Positions 58,041-64,000 of a DNA stretch of 64,000 bases are shown one piece after another (the first letter of the stretch is position 1; each line of letters starts with the position of its first letter). The notes beneath the pieces were generated by a model. That model had not been told where the DNA came from, did no database searches, and saw only the letters and a program-made list of their open reading frames with translations. Location: assembly GCA_963798845.1 (NCBI GenBank), contig CAWCUS010000005.1:256001-320000 (forward strand). Reading direction: 5' to 3'. Both the position numbers and the translations under genes were made by a program. This DNA is from an uncultured Gemmatimonadales bacterium. GTDB taxonomy: Bacteria > Gemmatimonadota > Gemmatimonadetes > Longimicrobiales > RSA9.

Positions 58041-58739
58041 TCAGGTGCCGGCGTACCACTCGTAGCCGCGGTCGCTCCAGTAGCCGCCGTTCCGCTGCGC
58101 CATGAAGACCACGCGGGTGAGATACTTCACGCTCTTGTAGCCGAGCTTGACCGGGGAGTGGAGGCGAGCCGGGGCGCCGTGTGCGGCCTCGAGCGGATGG
58201 TCGTCCCTGCCGTAGGCGATGAGGGTGCGGGGGTGGAGCGCGCTCTCGAGGTCCCAACTCTCGTGATAATCACTGTCAAAGGAGGCGAAGTCGACATAGG
58301 CAGCGTCCGGAAGCGGCTCGACGATGCGCGCGATCTCGCTCATCCGCACGCCCGTCCACTCCGTCACGGCCATCCATCCCTCGACGCAGTAGTGGTTGAC
58401 GCGGTGGGTGATGGATCGGAGCGAGGTCAGGGCATCGAGGGTGAGGCGAAGGGGCCGGCGGACGAGCCCGGTCACCTCCAGCGTCCAGGGCCCGCGCGCG
58501 GCAGTGTCCCACACCGGAACCGAGCGGGAGATGTGATACGACGGAAGGCTCTCGCCCGCGAGCCGGTAGCCTTCGACGGGATCGACCGCTCCATCCCGGG
58601 TCAGGAGTCGTTCCACGCGCTCGTTCTGACGCTCGGCGAGCTCGAGGAGAGGGCGCGCCCACTCCCCCTTTCGATCGCACGCGGCCAGCAGCCCGAGCAT
58701 CGACGTGCCACCGAGGGTCATGAAGCGGCGCCGTCTCAT
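58041..58739 (-). CDS. Sulfite oxidase-family molybdopterin oxidoreductase (MsrP/YedY-like), Tat lipoprotein
   Basis: RRRF..LAAC leader; HYCVEGW; HGAPARL; KLGYKSVKY; GGYWSDRGYEWYAG. Confidence 0.9.
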   Translation of the reverse strand: MRRRRFMTLGGTSMLGLLAACDRKGEWARPLLELAERQNERVERLLTRDGAVDPVEGYRLAGESLPSYHISRSVPVWDTAARGPWTLEVTGLVRRPLRLTLDALTSLRSITHRVNHYCVEGWMAVTEWTGVRMSEIARIVEPLPDAAYVDFASFDSDYHESWDLESALHPRTLIAYGRDDHPLEAAHGAPARLHSPVKLGYKSVKYLTRVVFMAQRNGGYWSDRGYEWYAGT

Positions 58740-59455
58740 GGGGATTCCTCCTCGGCCGGGGCGCGCCGGAGCGTCGGGAACGGTCGCGCGTTTCGCGCGG
58801 CAGGCGAGCGGGTGGCGTCGTAGGCGCCGGTGATCATGGAACGGATCGACTGGCGGTCGACCACGAGCACCATGAGCACGTGAACGGCGGTGAAGCCGAC
58901 CAGTGCGAGCATGGCGAGGAAGTGCCAGTAGCGGGCCCAGACGTAGCCGCCGAGCATGCGTGTGAGAAGCCCGAGCGAAACCGGTTTCCAGATGGCGAGA
59001 CCGCTCAGCACCGAGACCACCGCCACGAACGGGATCGCGAAGTACGACAGCTTCTGGAGCGAGTTGTGCTTCGCCTGGGGCGGATGGTCCGGGCGGAGGA
59101 AGAGATAGAAGCGCACCATCTGCCAGGCGGAGCGCGAGTCGCCGCGGCGGGGCACGAGGTCGCGCCACTCGCCGTGGAGGTATACCCATGCAAGGTACGC
59201 GAGGCCGTTCACGACGAGCACCCACATCATGGCGAAGTGCCAGTTTCTCGCCCCCGCCAGCCACCCTCCGAACGTGAGCCACTGCGGGATGTGCCGACCC
59301 TCGAACGGATAACAGCAGAAGCTGCCGCCCCGGGGCGCAAATCGGGGGTAGGCGTCAAAGATGCGGAGCCCGCTGGTCGTCATGATCCCGAACGCGATCA
59401 CGTTGATCCAGTGCGTGATGCGGACGACGACGTGGTGACGACGTTCCCTGGCCAT
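58736..59455 (-). CDS. Cytochrome b/b6-domain membrane partner (YdhU-like)
   Basis: VRITHWIN; WHFAMMW; HNSLQK; WHFLAM..VHV; 4-nt overlap with the molybdoenzyme gene. Confidence 0.88.
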   Translation of the reverse strand: MARERRHHVVVRITHWINVIAFGIMTTSGLRIFDAYPRFAPRGGSFCCYPFEGRHIPQWLTFGGWLAGARNWHFAMMWVLVVNGLAYLAWVYLHGEWRDLVPRRGDSRSAWQMVRFYLFLRPDHPPQAKHNSLQKLSYFAIPFVAVVSVLSGLAIWKPVSLGLLTRMLGGYVWARYWHFLAMLALVGFTAVHVLMVLVVDRQSIRSMITGAYDATRSPAARNARPFPTLRRAPAEEESP

Positions 59456-59619
59456 CAGGCCTCACCGCCTGTTCCCGGTGCCCGAACCGACGCAGCAATA
59501 TGGGCCCGGTGCGGGGAGATGCGCGAGGCTGCCGGTTCCGCGCGCCGCTCGCGGTCTTGACGGAGCGCCCCTGGCGCCGTCGTATTCCGTCCGGGACCCG
59601 ACCCCCGGCAGGAGGCTGA

Positions 59620-60312
59620 ATGAACGAGGAGCGTCGCTACAGCAGCTCGGAGATCGAGTGGATCTTCGCGCAGGCGGCGGAGCAGAGCGAGTCGCGGTCG
59701 CTGGCGAGGGCGGGCGAGCAGGGGCTGACGCTGAAGCAGCTGCACGAGATCGCAGGCGAGGTGGGGCTCGCACCCGACCTGGTGACGCGGGCGGCGAGCG
59801 CGCTCGACCGTGGGCTTCGAGACGACGGGATTCAGCGTACGCTCGGCCTTCCGCTGCGGGTCGCCCGCACGGTCTCCCTGTCCCGGGACCTCACCGAGGA
59901 TGAATGGGAGCGCCTGGTTGCCGACGCACGCGAGACGTTCCATGCATCCGGCCGCATCCGGACCCAGGGCCGGCTGCGCGAATGGAGCAACGGGAACCTT
60001 CACCTCTTCATCGAGCCGGAGGGGTCCGGCCACCGGCTCCGCATGGAAACGCTCAAGGAATCCGCGGCCGTCGGGCTCCGGATCGGGGCAGGAGCGCTGG
60101 CCATGGCCGTCATCCTCGCCCTGCTGTCCGTGCTGACCGGCGACCCGGGCATCCTCACCGGCGCGGTTGCGCTCCTGGCCGTTTCCGTGGCCGCGTTCGG
60201 CTCGCGTGCGGTGACGCTACCCTCCTGGGCGAGCCGGAGGCTGGAGCAGATGGACGGGCTGGCCGAGCGGCTGACGGGGTCGCTGGCGGCCCTCCCGCCC
60301 GGAGAGGAGTGA
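59620..60312 (+). CDS. Hypothetical membrane protein
   Basis: GGAGG SD; RRYSSSEIEWIF..GLTLKQLHEIAGEVG; two C-terminal TM segments. Confidence 0.8.
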   Translation: MNEERRYSSSEIEWIFAQAAEQSESRSLARAGEQGLTLKQLHEIAGEVGLAPDLVTRAASALDRGLRDDGIQRTLGLPLRVARTVSLSRDLTEDEWERLVADARETFHASGRIRTQGRLREWSNGNLHLFIEPEGSGHRLRMETLKESAAVGLRIGAGALAMAVILALLSVLTGDPGILTGAVALLAVSVAAFGSRAVTLPSWASRRLEQMDGLAERLTGSLAALPPGEE

Positions 60313-60356
60313 GAGCCGGACGGACGTCGCGGGCCTCCGGCGTGCCCGAGCGGAGG

Positions 60357-61115
60357 CTAGAACGTTGCGGGGCCACCGACGCGGTCGATGAACGACTGGC
60401 GATAGGTGCGGCTGAGCCGGGTCTCCCGCCCGCTGTGCAGGTGGACTCGATAGTCGCCCGCGGCGATCGGCTCGAGGCTCTTGACGCTGCCGACGTTGAC
60501 GATGGCCGAGCGGTGGATGCGAACGAAGCGGGTCGGGTCGAGCCGCGATTCGAGGGAGGCGAGGCTCTCGCGGTGCAGGAGCCGCTCACGTTCGCGGTGG
60601 ACGTAAACGTAGTTCCCGGCGGCCTCGAACAGGTCGACCTCGTCCATGGGGATGATCCGCACCTCGCCCGGCTCCTTCACGAGAAGCCACTCCGAGTGGC
60701 GTCGGGCCAGCGCGGCGCCGGCCGGCGCCGCCGGCCTCGCGCTCGCGGAGCGGTCGAGCCGGGCCGGCGTCCGGGCGCGCTCCACGGCTTCGCGCAGGCG
60801 ATCCTCATCGACTGGCTTGAGGAGGTAGTCGATGGCGTTGGCTTCGAAGGCCCTCACGGTCGACTCGTCGTACGCGGTCAGGAATACCACGGGCGGCGCG
60901 TTGCCCGAGCGGAGCTGGGCGATGATCCCGCCTCCGTCGAGCCCCCGCATCTGGATGTCGAGCAGGATCAGGTCGTAACCCTCGCTGGTCAGGAGGGCGA
61001 CCGCGGACTGGCCGTCCCTGCAAGCCGTGACCGCTTCGACGACCGGCAGCCGCTCCAGCAGCCGGGTGAGCCGCTCCCGCGCGGGTCTCTCGGCGTCGAC
61101 GACGAGGACTCTCAT
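60357..61115 (-). CDS. LytTR family response regulator
   Basis: LLDIQM; FLTAY; DYLLKP; FVRIHRSAIVN; LSRTY. Confidence 0.93.
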   Translation of the reverse strand: MRVLVVDAERPARERLTRLLERLPVVEAVTACRDGQSAVALLTSEGYDLILLDIQMRGLDGGGIIAQLRSGNAPPVVFLTAYDESTVRAFEANAIDYLLKPVDEDRLREAVERARTPARLDRSASARPAAPAGAALARRHSEWLLVKEPGEVRIIPMDEVDLFEAAGNYVYVHRERERLLHRESLASLESRLDPTRFVRIHRSAIVNVGSVKSLEPIAAGDYRVHLHSGRETRLSRTYRQSFIDRVGGPATF

Positions 61116-61226
61116 GCTTCCGTTCTGCTCGAAGTGATCCGGGCCTGTATCTGGAGGAACGCGTGTGTGGTCCGAAGTGTTACGGGCGGCCGGGGCCGCC
61201 GGGGACGACACGGACCTCTTCACCGG

Positions 61227-61784
61227 TCACCTGGATGACCCCCGAGAATAGAGGCCGACGAAAGCGGGCTTCCAGGTCTGACCTCCGTCGCTCGAGACTT
61301 CCCAGACCTGACGGACACGACCGTCAGGCAGCGGCGTCCAGGTGAGGCGGTCGAGGACGTCGCCCTGCGGCGTTCGCCTCGGCCCCGTACCGGTGAGCTC
61401 CATGCTCCCATCCTTCATTCCACCCGTCATCCAGAGCGAGGATCCTCCGCCCACCCACCGCTGGGTCCATGCGCCACGATCCGGGTCCCAGGTGTTGAGG
61501 CTCATTCCGGTCCCGCCCCCCGCGCCGTGCCAGCTCTCGAGCAGGGCGCAGCCGTCGGAAACGCTGCGAATCGAGTTGTGTCCGATCACTTCGCCCGCCT
61601 CGTTCCTGACCTCCCACTCGCCGAGCCAGAAGTCGAACTGGTGATAGGTGGCGGGGCGACACCGTTCCGCGACGGACGGCTCGCTCGTCGCCCCGGCTTC
61701 CTGGGCGGCCGCCGCAGTGGCGAGAAGCAGGGCGCTCCCCGCAAGCAACGTCAGGAACGCCGTCCGTGGGATGCGCTGTTCCAT
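61227..61784 (-). CDS. Hypothetical secreted beta-barrel protein
   Basis: Signal peptide; QFDFWLGEWEV; CALLESW; DGRVRQVWEVSSDGGQTW. Confidence 0.8.
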   Translation of the reverse strand: MEQRIPRTAFLTLLAGSALLLATAAAAQEAGATSEPSVAERCRPATYHQFDFWLGEWEVRNEAGEVIGHNSIRSVSDGCALLESWHGAGGGTGMSLNTWDPDRGAWTQRWVGGGSSLWMTGGMKDGSMELTGTGPRRTPQGDVLDRLTWTPLPDGRVRQVWEVSSDGGQTWKPAFVGLYSRGSSR

Positions 61785-61894
61785 GGGGACCTCCGTGGCA
61801 AGGGTTGAGCGGCGCCGCCGCTCGCGACGGCTCCGCTGTTCAACGACCGGGGAGCCCGGGATGGGACAAGGAGGATCGCGGGAGGAAATGGAGA

Positions 61895-61922
61895 GCCCCC
61901 GGCGGCTCCTGCCGCCGGGGGC
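61895..61922 (-). terminator. Perfect 12-bp hairpin after the second susD
   Basis: GCCCCCGGCGGC-tcct-GCCGCCGGGGGC, with a pyrimidine-rich tail on the minus strand. Confidence 0.7.
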
Positions 61923-61966
61923 ATCCCCGCGTCCGCTCCGGGCGGGACCGGTACTGCGTCCCGGAC

Positions 61967-63403
61967 TCAGGGAGCGGCCGTGTCGCAGCCCGAGGGATCG
62001 TACTGTGGGTTGTTCCGCTCCGCGAACGGCACCGGGAACGCCACGTCGTCGCCGATGGCGGCGTTGAAGATGGTCGTCCCGATGGGGAACAGCTCGTCGG
62101 CGGTGAACATCCCCTGATAGGGTGAGATCGTGAGCAGGCGGCGCAGGTCACCGAGCCGGTGCCCGGTCAGCCACAGCCAGAACGCGCGCTCCCTGTACAG
62201 CATCAGGACGCGGTCCCTGGCGTTGCCCGGATCCGACAGCGCCGGCAGGTCCATCCCGGACCGGAGGCCGTTCAGGACCGCCAGCCAGTTCCCGGCCACA
62301 CTGCTCCCCGCCGTGCCGCCTCCGCTCAGGTTGGCCTCGGCGATGATCAGCTGCGCTTCCACGGCGGTGGCCAGAGGGACGTTGCTGCCGTAACCCGGGT
62401 ACTTGTACTGCGAGTATAGCGGCACCGTGGTTCCTCCCCCCACTCCCGCAGAGTCCACCTGCACGCGCGGGTCGACGACGTTCTCCGGGTCCGGCTGGGG
62501 AGCGCTCACCGAGACGGTGCCCGTCCCGCGGTTGAAGAAGACGAGGCCGTTCACGCCGTCACCGGATGCGGCGGACGAGCGGTGCTCGCCGTTGATGTTG
62601 TAGTAGATCCCGTTGTTCTGGCTGGACGTGTTGGGGCTGAACTCGACCTCGTACGCCCAATCGGCCGGGATCTGCTGGGCCAGCGCCGCTGCGCCGGCCA
62701 GGTCGCCCTGGTCCTGCCTGACGCGGGCCATGCCCAGCCGCGCCAGGTCGACGAAATCCGTGGCGCCCGCGGCCGTGCCCAGGTCCATTGCGGCCTGGAA
62801 CCGAACGGCAGCCGAATCCAGCATCGCCGCCCTGTCGATGGGCGGCTCGTAGGCGATGTCCTGGCCGAGCGGCGCGTGGCTGAACGGGATGTGGCTGCAC
62901 CAGTCCTCGGCGAAGAACACGAACGTGTACCCCGAGAGCGCCTTCATCTGCGCCCGATCCGGGTGGTCCGAGCTCGCGGCCGCGAGCAGCTTCTCGGCCT
63001 CGTCGGCCATGTTCCTGGCCCGGTGGAGGCGATAATAGACGGAGTCCACGGCGCTGTTGGTGTCCTGCATGCTCCGGCCGTCGATCTCCTTCATGGTGTC
63101 GAACGTGCTGGAGTACCACAGCTCGTCGGCCAGCAGGCCGCCGATCCCCACCACGCCCGGCGTCTCGTTGTTCGCCGCGGGGCCGGCAATGGCCCGGGCG
63201 AACTCGAACAGCGCGCCGTTCCTGACGGTCCCGGCGTTGGCCGTGTCCTCCACGGTGGGAAGGGTGATCAGGTCCGGATCCTGGAGGTCCACCAGGTCGT
63301 CCGTGTTGCAGGCCGCTGCTCCCAGGCCCGTTGCGATCATCGCGGCACAGGCCAGGAGCACGCGGGCGCGGATGTCCGCGTCGCCGGAATTCATGGTTCT
63401 CAT
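61967..63403 (-). CDS. RagB/SusD family lipoprotein
   Basis: Lipobox AAAC; EAQLIIAEA; ERAFWLWLTGHRLGDLRR; FPVPFAERNNP. Confidence 0.9.
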   Translation of the reverse strand: MRTMNSGDADIRARVLLACAAMIATGLGAAACNTDDLVDLQDPDLITLPTVEDTANAGTVRNGALFEFARAIAGPAANNETPGVVGIGGLLADELWYSSTFDTMKEIDGRSMQDTNSAVDSVYYRLHRARNMADEAEKLLAAASSDHPDRAQMKALSGYTFVFFAEDWCSHIPFSHAPLGQDIAYEPPIDRAAMLDSAAVRFQAAMDLGTAAGATDFVDLARLGMARVRQDQGDLAGAAALAQQIPADWAYEVEFSPNTSSQNNGIYYNINGEHRSSAASGDGVNGLVFFNRGTGTVSVSAPQPDPENVVDPRVQVDSAGVGGGTTVPLYSQYKYPGYGSNVPLATAVEAQLIIAEANLSGGGTAGSSVAGNWLAVLNGLRSGMDLPALSDPGNARDRVLMLYRERAFWLWLTGHRLGDLRRLLTISPYQGMFTADELFPIGTTIFNAAIGDDVAFPVPFAERNNPQYDPSGCDTAAP

Positions 63404-63412
63404 CTGTGCCTC

Positions 63413-64000
63413 CTAGAAGTTCGCGTCGACGCGGAGCGTGAACACGCGGTTCGGCGGCAGCGGCGAGAGGTCGCGAGACGAGAAGTTCGCCTGGCCGTAG
63501 CTGTTCACCTCGGGATCGAGCCCCGGGTAGCGGGTCCACGTCACCAGGTTCCGCCCGGCCAGCGTCAGGCGCAGGTCGCTCGCCTTGAACGACCGCGTCC
63601 AGCCGTGCGGCAGCATGAACGTCAGCGACAGCTCGCGGAGCTTCAGGAAGTCCGCGTCCTCGATGTAGCCGGCCCAGCTGCCGTACGCGGCCCGAGCCAC
63701 GATGGCCGCCTGCTGCTTCAACGAGCCCGTGTACGCCTCCTGGCAGTTGGCGTAGCTCCGGCACCGGACGTCCTCCGTCTGGTTGAACAGCTTGTAGCCG
63801 CCCTTGTAGTCGAACAGCGCCGACAGGCGGAGCGCCTTCCAGAACGTGAAGTCCGTGCTCAGCGACGCTTCCTTCGTCGGGAACGAGCTGCCCAGGTACG
63901 ACGAGGCCGTGTCGACCACCACCTCATCGGCGGCGATGATGCCGTCTCCGTTCTCATCGCTGAACGAGAGGATCCGCGGCTGCCAGTACCCGCCGAGCGG
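63413..64000 (-). CDS. SusC/RagA TonB-linked transporter, C-terminal part (truncated by window edge)
   Basis: IEDADFLKLRELSL; GRNLVTWT.YPGLDPE; terminal Phe. Confidence 0.92.
   Translation of the reverse strand, partial: PLGGYWQPRILSFSDENGDGIIAADEVVVDTASSYLGSSFPTKEASLSTDFTFWKALRLSALFDYKGGYKLFNQTEDVRCRSYANCQEAYTGSLKQQAAIVARAAYGSWAGYIEDADFLKLRELSLTFMLPHGWTRSFKASDLRLTLAGRNLVTWTRYPGLDPEVNSYGQANFSSRDLSPLPPNRVFTLRVDANF

Overview
A high-GC bacterial chromosomal segment with about 53 densely packed CDS. The SusC/SusD pairs, ADOP-type ABC permease and TolB-N/TPR membrane protein suggest Gemmatimonadota (inference). No rRNA, tRNA or CRISPR array was recognised. From left to right it holds: the 3' part of an NdvB-like GH94 gene; a GerMN lipoprotein; an MFS transporter; SusC/SusD; a DUF134-NifB/NifX pair; a TolC-HlyD-ABC-ADOP exporter with its sigma-54 two-component system; a K+ channel; PepN; OsmC; AIM24; a RAYT/Y1 transposase bracketed by perfect 26-bp inverted repeats; a nucleotidyltransferase; a GT4; a group 3b [NiFe]-hydrogenase operon; sahR-ahcY; pepD; ROK-pfkA-xylB; an MsrPQ-like pair; a LytTR regulator; and a second SusC/SusD. 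The best candidate for an undescribed system is the hydrogenase operon. It interleaves four phosphorelay proteins that have no DNA-binding output domain, sits behind a Rex/CRP-type box, and has a CxxD proximal-cluster motif. Several cis-elements can be read directly from the sequence: sigma-54 promoters with an enhancer, DUF134, ROK and SahR operator candidates, and a candidate sRNA or attenuator. All product calls come from motif recognition, not database searches.
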